The position numbers were made by a program, and so were the translations under genes. Below are positions 41,435 through 53,765 of a stretch of DNA of 64,000 bases, piece after piece; position 1 is the first letter of the stretch, and each line of letters opens with the position of its first letter. Source of the stretch: Octopus sinensis (taxonomy: Eukaryota); assembly GCF_006345805.1 (NCBI RefSeq), contig NC_043012.1:49476001-49540000 (forward strand), read 5' to 3'. A model generated the notes under the pieces. It made no database searches and was not told the origin of the DNA. It saw nothing but the letters and a program-made list of their open reading frames with translations.

Positions 41435-41523
41435 TTTCATTCTACACGTGTTTCGAAAGGCACAAATTACCAAAATCCGATTGAATAATGGGACCATATT
41501 GTGTCTTTCTCTTCAGGAAGAAA
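41435..41523 (-). ncRNA. Type I hammerhead ribozyme with intact core, in the left inverted pLTR
   Basis: TTTCTTC-CTGAAGA-GAAAGACACAA..(33 nt)..TTGTGCCTTTC-GAA-ACACGTGT-A-GAATGAAA: 10/11-bp helix II, palindromic helix III, GUA cleavage triplet. Confidence 0.85.
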
Positions 41524-41744
41524 AAAGGAAATCCGTTGGAAAAACAAAAACAGATTTAAGTAAGGACGGGAGCGCGGCGGATACCGGGGTAGTCGCTCCC
41601 GCATTAATTTAGCGAACAAGGATAATTATCGGTCCGGGAGGTCTTACACTAACCCAAGACCCGTTATTCATCCGAGAATCACCCACCCAAATGCGAGAGC
41701 TGGCGTCCCGACCCATCACACTGATAGGAATAAGCAAGATATGT

Positions 41745-42770
41745 TTGTAATCCCCTTTGAAGCAGATTAGAACTAACCTCCCCCTCATGTTTAGACAAGC
41801 CATCGCCAATAACTTCCCCAGAAATTCCAAATATTACTCCACGGTTAACTCACATAAAGTTAGGATAGCTTTCTCCAACACTAAAACCCTCGCCCAGATA
41901 ATCGCCTCCATAATAATAGGCTACTTACTAAGACCCTATCACCTTTTTCCGGAGGCACAGCCTCTTCCGCGCTCCCGGTTAATGCTCAGTAGGAATAATT
42001 TAGTAGTAATAATGATATGAGAGCCAGTACAGTGACACATAATCTCAGCTCCAGCCAGGGAGTACCCACTAGGGGTATAGTTATAAATAGGGGTGTTGTG
42101 GTTGATGGTAACAATGGGAGTAGGGTAGAGAGCCCCTTTAGCCCCAGCATCATTTCCGCAATAGCAGTACCACGGGCAGTAGCAATGACAGCACTCCGAT
42201 AGATAGTGGAGAATCAGGGGTTATTCCTATAGTTAATAGTGACGTAGTGGAAAATAGAGTAGTAGCGGCTGCAGGTCTCGGAACGAATATAGTGACAGGA
42301 ACGCAGTTCTAATTTCAGAAACCATCCTAGCAGAGTAAGATTCACGTCGGCGAACTCCAAGATCAAAAACGCCGTCTACAATGCAAGGTTTACACGGACT
42401 CAGATGCCTTCACTTATATAGGGGCATCATCCTCAAGATTGTCTTTGCGTGTCTCCAACACATTACGCAACTTTTCGGGACGTGAACAAGCGCCAGACCA
42501 CGGGACTCAGTAAGCTAATATGGCGACTGAAGGATGCGAACTTAAGCTATAGGCTGGAATGGTCAATTTTGTCGGTGGCCCTCCCATTTGATAGGGGCAG
42601 AAGACAGTGCAACCTTTGTGTCTCCGAACTCTTCCATATTTTGTTTGCCAGAGGCCGGATGGTAAACGGGCTCTTACAGTCGGCTTTTCGATGCCCCCAT
42701 TGGCGGCGTACACTTATCTGGCCTTTAAATAGCGTTATAAATAAGACCGGCACCCATAGCCCTTGGTAAC
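41745..42770 (+). pseudogene. PLE ORF C-terminus (post-RT linker plus GIY-YIG endonuclease), frameshifted
   Basis: RTNLPLMFRQAIANNFPRNSKYYSTVNSHKVRIAFS; KNAVYNA..TYIGASSSRL..RVSN; TTGLSKLIWRLKD...LEWSIL...CNLCVSE...RCPH. Confidence 0.88.
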
Positions 42771-43341
42771 AAATTCTGAAATAGATTTTAAGATATCTAC
42801 AATTAACCACTGCAAGGGAAATTACTCCTGTAAGACAAACGGGGCTTGTTTTTTTCACAGCGGGGGGTTCCTTGTCAAGGTAGGCTTAGATGAACACACC
42901 ACACACACACATAAAACATAAAATATATATATATATAATTTCTTTATTTTTTTCTTTCTGCCACCCAACGGTTATCACGGCAGTAGCCACTGACAGCCGA
43001 ACGATCAAACGCACACACGTACACAAAAAAATGTTTTCTACCCCTACGCCAACACACACATATATAGAACAGTATACACACACACACGTCTCTAAGTAGA
43101 TTTTTTCTCGCCCTTATAAAACATCCAATATTCTTTAAATAGTCAGAACTTTATTCTCGGTCACAAAGAACATCTATACACCCTCACCCACATGTTTGAC
43201 CGATGCCTGACCTTTGAATTCTTCAGCCACCGGTTCTCAACATACACTGATAAACAGTTTCGCCATGGGCTCTTAGGAGCACAGTTCGATTTGTTTTTTG
43301 CTCTGCCTCTGTTCTGTTTTTGTTTTTCCAACGGATTTCCT

Positions 43342-43430
43342 TTTTCTTCTGAAGAGAAAGACACAATATGGTCCCATTATTCAATCGGATTTTGGTAATT
43401 TGTGCCTTTCGAAACACGTTTAGAATGAAT
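43342..43430 (+). ncRNA. Hammerhead ribozyme copy in the right pLTR, probably inactivated
   Basis: Same sequence as the left copy, but helix III reads ACACGTTT (G to T) and one C of helix I is lost. Confidence 0.7.
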
Positions 43431-43504
43431 AAAACGATTTCTGTTCAATCTGCGTTCAGCTCCATTTCTTCAATTCACCAATAATATATATATATATATA
43501 TATA

Positions 43505-43897
43505 TCTGTGAAGGATTTGACAAATTAAGTAAATATAAGGACTTGGAAATTAAAATACAAAAGATGTGGCATCTTCAAGCTAGAACTGCTCCTGTTATTG
43601 TGAGTGCCCTAGGTTTGATAAGAAGAGGACGTCAAAAACATGTAGATAATATCCCAGGAGAACCATGTCCCAAAGAAATCCAAAAGGTTGTATTGAGAAG
43701 TACTGCCCACATTGAATAAAAAAAATCCTACCAATTTACATGAATTATTGTATTGCATTAAGACGTTTCGCCGCTGCCTCCTACCGTTTCTCATCCGCAA
43801 GCCTTCAGTCTTACTATAACATCTCTTATCATTCACTCGTTTTAGGACTCCCGGTGTATCTCGGTGAGTGATTGTAACAAACAAACAGATTACAAGT
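43505..43897 (+). mobile_element. R4/Dong-clade LINE, right part (rest of RLE plus 3' UTR), ending in (TAA)n
   Basis: SVKGFDKLSKYKDLEIKIQKMWHLQARTAPVIVSALG...KEIQKVVLRSTAHI continues the PTD motif from 41205. Confidence 0.9.
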
Positions 43898-43958
43898 ATA
43901 TAATAATAATATAATAATAATGATAAGAATAATAATAATAATAATCATAATAATAATA

Positions 43959-43996
<38 letters not shown>

Positions 43997-44056
43997 AATA
44001 ATAATAATAATAATAATATAATAATAATAATAATATAATATAATATAATAATAATA

Positions 44057-44104
<48 letters not shown>

Positions 44105-44109
44105 TGATA

Positions 44110-44153
<44 letters not shown>

Positions 44154-44156
<3 letters not shown>

Positions 44157-44695
44157 GCAATGGCTCTCGTGGCTTCTGATCTTAACTGATTGGAAGTGTT
44201 ATCATGTACGTTTTTTTTTTTTTGGTATAAAAGATGGGCTACAGCAAATATTCTGCTCAATACCACAGATTTGCTTGTCAGTTGTTTGACCTTAACCAGT
44301 TGACCATGTCCCTTAGTTGCTGACGATATGTGCATCTCTGATCACGAGCAGAGGTAGTGGGAGAGCATCATAGCTGTGTGTTGAGAGGGATTCTTTGGGG
44401 TTTGAATAATTCACCTTTGGAAACACGGGTGTTTCATTCAATATCCTTAAACAACCCTTATTCAGGGACCTTTTGAGCGGAATCGGTTCCTCGACAAGAA
44501 GAAAATTCTAACTAGGCCCCACCTGCAAGGTCATGTGCTGTTTATCTTGTTATGAGATCACTATGTCGCGCACATTTGGTTGTGATGCATGTGCCTGGTA
44601 TACCCTTATCAGAGGAGTAGCGATGATGGGTATACTGGGCTTCGTATATTTTACCCCAGTGTCACTTGATGGCATGCACTGCTCTCTCACTCACT
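44154..44695. mobile_element. Non-coding insertion of about 540 bp flanked by (TAA)n; class unknown
   Basis: Unique-complexity block with sharp boundaries inside TAA repeats; about 35 nt shared with 40760-40796. Confidence 0.6.
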
Positions 44696-44757
44696 AATAA
44701 TAATAATATAATAATAATAAATAATATAATAATAATAATAATAATTAATAATAGTAA

Positions 44758-44836
<79 letters not shown>

Positions 44837-47542
44837 GATTTTAATAAACACTAGAATATATTGTGGGTATGTAGTTCTACAGTGGATGTGAAGGTGAATA
44901 AATATCGGACCCACTACATGTCCTGCTATAAAACTTTTTTTTAATTTCCTATAATTGAGATCCATTACGTACGTTTGTTCAATTCACATAGACATCAGAT
45001 CTGACACCAACTACCTTTTGAGTCGTTGTGCCGTGTTTCAAACAATCATGTCAAATTACTTCCTCAAAATTAAAGGAAAATACAGAATCAGTATTCCACT
45101 GAATTGCCTGTGATGAAAATAATTTTCCGAATTCACAAACCATCGCAACAGCAACGCGGCGAGGATGAATTAAGTTTTCTGCCTTCAACAAAATTACATT
45201 GATTTGTACTGGATGTTGGTTGTTTGTGACTCAGAGCCGAAAAAAATTATTGGGGTAGGAATTTTACAAGGTATGCTCTTGAACTTGATGGGCTGTCTAT
45301 ACTGGCTGAATTTGCCAAACAACTGATTTCTTGTACGATGCCTAAAATATATTCGTACGAAAATTATTCATATTTGAAAACGGATAACCCAATTAAAAAA
45401 AAAGATTCTACGTTATTGAATCCCATACTCACATTTGTGCATGGAGAAATCATGTGTGAGTGTTCGAATAATGGGGAGAAAGACTAGCAAATAACTACAC
45501 GGGGTCACTCTCATACGTTCGTACACACACACATAGAAACATAAAAATCACTCAAACATATATTTTTGTACTTCCATCCATGGTCATCACTTAGTAAATA
45601 TGTACACAAAGAAAGAAATAAGAGTGTAAATTATGTAAATAATGGGACATAGAAAAAACAAAGCCAGAGACCAATACCACTATACATGCAAGTGCGTGTG
45701 CGTGCGTGTGGTGGTGGTGCCGGTGGCGGCGTGTGTACACTAGACACATACTAGACGTTATATTGATATAAACTTGCTATCATAACCCTTACTATTTCAC
45801 CATATACAGCCAGCACCATCAATAAAAACGAGAAAGCTTATCACAGATGATCTTAATAAGCTGAGCGAAAAATCGGACGAAGTTTTAGTAATAAGACGAT
45901 GCTCTAGGTTTACTGTTTTTCTCTTTTTTTTTCTTTCTACTATTCATTTTCCCACATTCAGCAAGATTAGAAACTTTGTTTGAATTGCATCACTTTCTAC
46001 ACATCTTTTTTGTTCTCTGCTTTTGTCTGTATGGTAATTTTTCGTCATTTCTTCCTTTCATTGACTTGAAAGCTGTTTGTTCCTGTGTAACTTATTAACT
46101 TATATACTTATGTATATTAAATTATTGCCACACCCCCAAAATTGAAATATATCTCATAAAATACTTTTTACTCCCAAGGAAGTATGCCTGTGCAGTTATG
46201 CGTGATTGAGAGAAGATTGACAACACATACAGTGTCAGAAAGCAATATGTAGCTCATAAAGAGAGTATTTGCTGTTAAATTAAAATTTTTTGCTAATTCT
46301 TAACCACTTCCGATGTCATTAAATAGCCTCATTTTCCTTCTCAGTAATAAACTAGAAAATCAGGCATAGAAAACGCAAACATAATTCTATATCTTTACTA
46401 TGCGATGACACCCAATATATATTTACTAACAGAATGCACTAATCATATATTTCTATGTATCCAATTCTCCTCTGTAACTCAGAATAGGTTCCTGTTTTGG
46501 AATGAACTGGGCTTCGGCTATTCGATAATTTACAATTTTTGTATATTACTTCAGCATATAAGTCAGCGCTAAAATACTGCTCCGGATAATTATACTTAGT
46601 ATTAATATTCAAGTATTCGAATGTATAATCCCAGTTTTGTTGATCGGATGTGTTTGGTCACATTGGCAATATACAACCATGTTTTCAATATATATTGGTG
46701 TCTTCGGTAATTCATTCATCCATTCTACTCGATAGTGTTTATGTGAATTTTCTTTCTGTGTAATATGTACCTGATATAGAAAAAATATCAAAGACTATAC
46801 TCAAACATTTTCATTCTAACTTGAAGGTCTGCGTTAAAGCCTTCTTTATCTGTTCTCTGCCTGTCCAATTTTGTGTGGTAGGTTGGAGTAAATTCAGTAT
46901 TATGATTTTGTTTCTCTTTCTTAATTCTCTTTAATTTTCTCTTTTTTTTTCTGCTGTCACTGCAAGTGTACACTTGTGTACAGCCCAAGGTTTTGTGCAC
47001 TCTACGTATTTATCTGAGGCTTGAGGTGCACAATTCTTTCACAAAATTCAAACCCTTGCATCTAATGGAGATTTCTTTCGCGTTGAGTTTGAATTCGTAA
47101 CGTTCTTGCATCTGCTCCTGTAACGGATGCTTCTCGTTGCTACGTTATATTTCAGGTTTTGTAATTATACAAAAAATTAGTGCAACAAGAGGTTCGTCGC
47201 ATTTGCTCGCATTGACCTGAATTCTGAATTACATTGACGGAGAGAAAGCAATGAAATGGAGCGGGCTGAGGGAGTGCAACATCACCTGTTGATGATTATT
47301 TCGTCTCTATCTTCACACATCCATAAACTGAAAATATGTACGAGAGCGTTCTCCAAGAACGGTTTATGTGCCCCAATATTCTACCAGCAGAAGGTTTAGA
47401 TAAGTTCGACAGCAAATGAGCGAGAGAAGGATAATCTATGAGAGAGAGATTGGGATAGAGAGAGAGAGAGAGAGAAAGAGATGGAAAGAGACAGAGAGAA
47501 AGTGAGAGAGAGAGGGGTAGAGAGAGTCTGAGTGTGCGTGTA

Positions 47543-47606
<64 letters not shown>

Positions 47607-48382
47607 ACTTGCACTCAACATCCTTTTGACGTGAGAAAAAAGACCCCTAGAACAGAATTATGTAGAAGCAATATATTTTCGTTACCCCAGTCTGGGATTC
47701 GAAATTATCCATTGAATAAAATATCTCACCAGGAGGCGTCTTGATATCAAACTAGAAGTTGTGACACTCACACATACACACACACGCATGTATATATATA
47801 TATATATATATATATATGGTGTCAGCTCTTCTGGTGACGTCGATGTTCGCCTGGGGCTAAATGCATCAGTAACACCCCCACCACCCCGCCACATTCAGAT
47901 GGCTGATCCCTCTTATGTTATATATATATAGTTTTATCTAAATAATTACTATGCGCATCTTCCGCTTTACTATCTCTTCTCTGTCTATCTCTCTCCCTCT
48001 CTTGTTCTTCATCCTTTCTGGTTTTCTCTCCCACCCTTCCCTATTCTTCTCCTCTTCCCTCCACCGTTACATTTCTCTCACTCCTCCTCCGCGACTCTCC
48101 TCGCTGACACGTGGTGAGAGGTAAGCCATCTTTCCGACTACAACCTTCACCAAGACTTAACCAGCTTATTCTGTCTCTTCATAACATCGTCTCCTTAAAC
48201 GTTCAGAATAATTTTTCCATCCTCTTGGCTTAACAGCCCTCATCGTTTGTTTCTACTGTTTTGCTCTCATTGTTCTATCTTTTACCGTTTTTACTACTTT
48301 GTTCTCACTGTCCTGTTCTTATTACCACTTTCACCCTACGCAAAAAATCTAAAATTTTATTTAATTTGCTTTGCGGGAATGA

Positions 48383-48440
48383 CTGTTTCAATGAAGTTGC
48401 GTCTTGTCCTTACTTTCGAAACGCGGAGTAGATGAAACAG
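48383..48440 (+). ncRNA. Degenerate type I hammerhead motif in a probable pLTR remnant
   Basis: CTGTTTCA-[ATGA, core partly deleted]-AGT...ACTTTC-GAAAC-GCGGA-GTA-GATGAAACAG; 8-bp helix I intact; (TA)n downstream at about 48600-48690. Confidence 0.55.
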
Positions 48441-48648
48441 GGACAACTGAAGACGGAGAATATTCTTTATGTTTCGTATGTCTCGATTTTGTGTTTTTTC
48501 GTTGTTTGAAAAAAAGTTCATTTCTATGGTTTTGTTTAATGTTTTCGTTTCTCATGGTGCTCAACGTTTTTTCTATGTCCTGTACCCATATATGCATGTA
48601 TATATACATAATATATGTATGTATATATGGATATATTCATATATTATT

Positions 48649-48700
<52 letters not shown>

Positions 48701-49189
48701 ACACAATACATACAAAAACATAAACTCATATACAAGTATTGACATGCACAAATACAGGTATATGACACACACAGACACGTACACAAACAAACAAACATAG
48801 CTGTTATTCGTTTCTCTGCAAATTTGTAGGCTTCGTATCCGCATATGAAATCGCTCTATACTCATCTAGGACGTTGGCAATTCCAATCGTAAATGTTGAG
48901 ACACAAGAGATGTGAGAATAGAATAATGGAATACATGCCTGACAAATGAACAGGCATGGACGGAAATAAAATTTTGTACAGAGTTATGGAAGTAACCAAA
49001 TAAATATACCATATTTATTACATCGTACTGTTTTGTGAAGTAAAATATGATCATAAGCACTACCTCCATTACAAAATTACACACACGTACACATACACAC
49101 AGATACAAACATCTATAGAGATAGATAGATACGTTGAAACATGACACCCACCAAAACTATATAGATAGAAAATTGTGTTAGATAGGATG

Positions 49190-49222
<33 letters not shown>

Positions 49223-49231
49223 ATAATATAT

Positions 49232-49263
<32 letters not shown>

Positions 49264-49282
49264 CTATACATATATATATATA

Positions 49283-49625
49283 CCGGAGTAAGCACATAAG
49301 TTGTGAAACAAGGTGGAAAAAAGATTACTCAATTACCAGACATAGAGTAATATGCTTTATTAAAAAGCAGCAGAAATATAACAAAAGCTGTTACTCAGAG
49401 TTTCACGTCCCGTTCGTCGGGCAGTTTTGATAAAAAAAAAAAAGTTACTCGGCCGGTAGTCGGAAACAAGGTAAAAGATGACTCGTCCGAGAAAATAACA
49501 TTCTTCCACTGCTCTAGGGACGAATTCTCTAATTTGTTTTTTAAACAAAACTGTCCGACAAACGAGAACGTGAAATCCTGAGTAACAGCTTTTGTTATAT
49601 TTCTGCTGCTTTTAAATAAAGTATA
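49283..49625. mobile_element. Mini PLE-type element: inverted HHR-bearing repeats (49351-49429 / 49546-49625) around a Tc1 fragment, between (TA)n tracts
   Basis: Inverted repeat of about 79 bp read directly; spacer translates on - strand to SSLEQWKNVIFSDESSFTLFPTTGRV. Confidence 0.8.
49382..49429 (-). ncRNA. Type I hammerhead-like motif with CCGACGA core; second, more decayed copy at 49546-49594 (+)
   Basis: CAAAACTG(C/T)-CCGACGA-ACG(GGA)CGT-GAA-ACTC-T-GAGT-A-ACAGCTTTTG: all three helices pair in the two-copy consensus. Confidence 0.65.
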
Positions 49626-50228
49626 TATATAAATATATATATATATATTCATACACACACACATACATACATACATACGTAGGTAGGTAGGAAGGAAGGT
49701 AGATAGATAGATAGATAGATATATAGATACATATACATACACACACATATGCATATACATCAATAAAAATAGCAGCTTTTGCTAGTATGCGTTTGTGCTG
49801 TGAGACAGAGTTTACATCCTTGATTGTTCTTATTTTAGGTTTTTACATAGAAATTTATTAATTCAACTGAATTAAAGAAGTAGTTTGAAATGACATCGAT
49901 AAGTATGCTATGATTTCGGAAGAACTCGAAAATATTTTGCTATTTATTACTTTTTAGTAAAACGTATTAAGCAATCCATTTTGGTAATTTTGCAAGAAGT
50001 AATTACCATTTCGTCCAAATAACCAGAAAACATATTAATGGGATATATAAAAACGAAAGAAAAAGAAAAATATTTTAGACATATTAATGACCAGTCAAAC
50101 TAGTGTATCTGCTAGTCATATGATCTGACACGAGTACAGACGTACATATAATCACAGGTATATGTAGGTATGAATGTACGTATGTGTGCGTGTGCGTGCA
50201 TGTACATGTATTTATAGATGATATATGA

Positions 50229-50260
<32 letters not shown>

Positions 50261-50476
50261 TCACATACACACACACACACATATTCGAATATAAATGCAT
50301 ATGCTCAGAGAGAGTGACACACCGCCACATGTAGAATTTTATATAAAATTTATTACTTAATTAGGCAAATATGAACACGACCAAGACAGGGAGAGAAAGA
50401 ATGACAAAGATGTACAAATTAAAAGAGAAAAGTACTTGTGAATCTATATATACCTATGCAAACATACATGTGTGAG

Positions 50477-50564
<88 letters not shown>

Positions 50565-50622
50565 GTATAAACAACCAAACGTGCACACACACATAAAACA
50601 CACACACATATATATATAGATA

Positions 50623-50870
50623 CAGGTGTTGGACAAAATCATGGAAACAAATTTATTTTATATTAAGTAGGCCTGCCTGTGGCAATAATTATAGCTTGAA
50701 TTCTACGAGGTATGGTCTCGTACAAAGTTTGAATTGTTTCCAACGGGATTTTTGTCATTCTTCAGCTAAAACAGTCTCCAGTTCTTGTAGTGATGATGGA
50801 AGAAAGTATCGACTCCTTACTTGTTTTTCTAAAATGTACCATAAATGTTCAAAATTTCGCAAAATTTCGA
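50623..50870 (-). mobile_element. Tc1 transposon 3' end with TIR
   Basis: EHLWYILEKQVRSR...SSLQELETVLAEE*QKIPLETIQTLYETIPRRIQAII; terminus TA-CAGGTGTTGGACAAAAT. Confidence 0.88.
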
Positions 50871-51064
50871 GGTCAAACTTTACGTAATATTTGCGGTTTT
50901 AAATATTACATAAATGTTCACTACCAATATTTGTGTAAACTGTCATTACAAGAAGACTGGTTCAGAAACAATTGTAACAAATAATTAAAGATGCGGGAAG
51001 AAGTTTATTTGTCGTGTTATTTGGATTATATAAAATATGTAATAAAGATAGATAGACAGACAGA

Positions 51065-52900
51065 TAAGTTTCTTTATTGGCCACACAGGGCTGCACACAG
51101 ATGGGACAAGTTACAAGGTAGAGCTTTTCTTTTGGGGGATGAAAAAACAAGAAACAAAAGAAACAAAAAAGGGGGGGGTGGCGTAGGTTTTCAATCAAGA
51201 GGGATCGTAAAAGGGAAGAAAAGAACAAAAAAAATAAATAAAATAAAAAATGAAAAAAAGAAAAAGAAAAAAAAGAAAAAGAAAAAAAAGAAAAAAGGAA
51301 AAGGAACAAAAGAAAAGAGAAATGAAAAAAGAAGAAAAAAGGGGAAAAAAAGGGAAGAGGAAAAAAACGATCAATAGGGATCGTGTATCACAGTGTTATG
51401 ATATATGGTGTAAAGGGGAAAGCAAGTAAGGTTTACCCGTGGGGAGAAAAGCCTACGAAAAAGACCACGGTAACCTTGGTCAATATTGTTATATGTTACC
51501 ACATTTGTTTGCAAGTGGGTAACCCTCTGTTTTCAATTTCTGGGTTCATAGGATTATGCTCAAGGTGGCTTCGTCATTCATACGTGCCATCTTTGCTACA
51601 TTCACCCATCTTTTTTTAAAACATTCGCTAGACAAAACTTGCCTGTCTACTCTCACTTTCCTTTTCAAGTGGTACTTGAAGAAGTTGATGAGAGATTGAC
51701 CAGAGAGGAAAGTGTTTGTCTCCAATCCTTTCAGACGCGTCCACCAGATACATTCTTTCGCCATAGCCACAAGGATGATGAAAATAGCTCTTCCTTCCCG
51801 TTTGAAGGAAGGAGGCGTGACAATATTGACGATAGACTCGGCTGATAAACCGACTCGTCCCACACGTGACAGCAGTTGTTCGACATAAGCCCACAGGTCG
51901 GAAATTGTTGGACACTGCACGAGTGCGTGCAGAACGGTTTCGTCGCTCTGACCGCATCTCGGGCAGGTCGGCCCGTGTTTCTCGAGCCGTGTCTGTAGAG
52001 CTTATCCCGAACGGGTAGCGCTTCTCGGTAGCACTGCCAGGCCAGGGATCTCTGGAAGTTGTCCATGGGCCCTGGCCCGAAAGTCGTCCTGAACAGGCGG
52101 GTCAGGTACTCCTCGTCGACGCCCAGGTTCGCCCCGAGCTCGTCGTCGTACCTCCCCTCCACTAATCCCTTATAGAATGCTTTGGGTGTGTTGAAGTCAC
52201 TCAAGGTCGACCCGGGACGGCAGAGTTGCTTGAGAGCAACGCGACACTCGCGGTGCCAATCGCCCTTCCTCGGCCTCTTTTTGATCCACGACTGCAGTTC
52301 GGTTATGGAGACGAGCTGCGGGAAAGCGTGCCTCACAAACGGCGACCACACCTGTTCACCGTCGTCTACATAGAGCCAGAGATGTCGCAGTCTCAGCGCG
52401 TGTCTGCGCATCATCAACCACGGCATGCCCAGCCCTCCTTTTAGCGGGTGTTGACAGCAAATGGATCGCCTGACCATCGGGACGCATCCTTTCCACAAGA
52501 AGCGAAAGAGAATGCGTTGTAGTTTGGTGATGGTAGGGTCGGGACAAGGTACGACGGTCAGGCGGTAGTAGATGACGGACGCGATGTACGTGTTCGCCAC
52601 CTCCGCCCGACCTTTTAGGGACAGTTTCCTCTCGGCCCATTGCCGGGCGAGAGTGACCACCCTACTCGTTATCTCGTTCCAGTTCTTCTCCACTTGGAGG
52701 TCCGGACCAAACCAGACCCCGAGCAACTCAACCGGGCCGTCGGTCCAGCGTCCCACGACGGAGGCGCTGGTGGACGGCATGGGCTTGCTTCTCCAGGTGC
52801 CTAGTCGCAAGCCCACTGACTTTTCCCGGTTGATTTTCGCTCCTGTCACCGCTTCGTAGTTTTTCAGTGTCTCGCCGACCTGCTCGATGTGCTCGCGGCT
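51065..52900 (-). mobile_element. L1/Tx1-clade LINE, 5'-truncated, with (GATA)n on both sides
   Basis: GAKINREKS...LLGVWFGPD...WAERKLSLKGRAEVANTYIASVIYY...GGLGMP; C-terminal LVAMAKECIWWTR; AATAAA at 51073-51078. Confidence 0.95.
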
Positions 52901-52904
52901 AGAA

Positions 52905-52918
52905 AGCTAGATAGATAT

Positions 52919-53003
<85 letters not shown>

Positions 53004-53092
53004 TAGATAGATAGATAGATAGTCAGACAGGCAGATAGATAGATAGATAGACAAACAGATAGATAAATAGATAGAAAGAAAGATAGATAGAT

Positions 53093-53131
<39 letters not shown>

Positions 53132-53133
53132 AA

Positions 53134-53166
<33 letters not shown>

Positions 53167-53211
53167 CAGATAGACAGACAGACGGACAGATAGACAGACA
53201 GACAGATTGAC

Positions 53212-53277
<66 letters not shown>
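52905..53277. repeat. (GATA)/(GAAA)/(GACA) microsatellite
   Basis: Direct inspection. Confidence 0.97.
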
Positions 53278-53765
53278 AAGGATGAGTTGGTTTACAGGCA
53301 AGACGAAATGACGTAAAATATATTTATCTAATATCTCTGTATGCTGTATATGTACATACATTCACACATGCACACTCACACACATATGTGTTTATACATA
53401 GATGCATACACATGTGACGGTGCATAAATTTATATTTACTCGGTTGTTTTAATTGGGCTTATATAATGTATGCGCACATTTACGAAACGGTAGTCGTTCT
53501 AAATAATTGTTATATGCATACGTATGTCGGAATTTATACGGAATTTATACGAAATAACGCCTAGTTGTAATGTTTTACACACGTGTGTGATCATGAGCAT
53601 TTGTGCTTCTTAGTAAGTATATCATCGTTTAAGTATCCTCATCTAAACAACTTGAATGTATCCCAAGACCATTATAATCACAAACTTTAACCTACCATCA
53701 TATGGCTTCTCGTCCCATCACACATTTACGTTGTCTTCTAAATAATAAAAAATAATAAATGCGCC

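Larger units (their letters stand above)
41206..43504 (+). mobile_element. Penelope-like element remnant with inverted pLTRs, inserted into the R4 element
   Basis: GIY-YIG PLE ORF remnant inside; inverted repeat 41379-41554 / 43313-43485; (TA)n at both junctions; R4 reading continues across the insertion. Confidence 0.88.
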
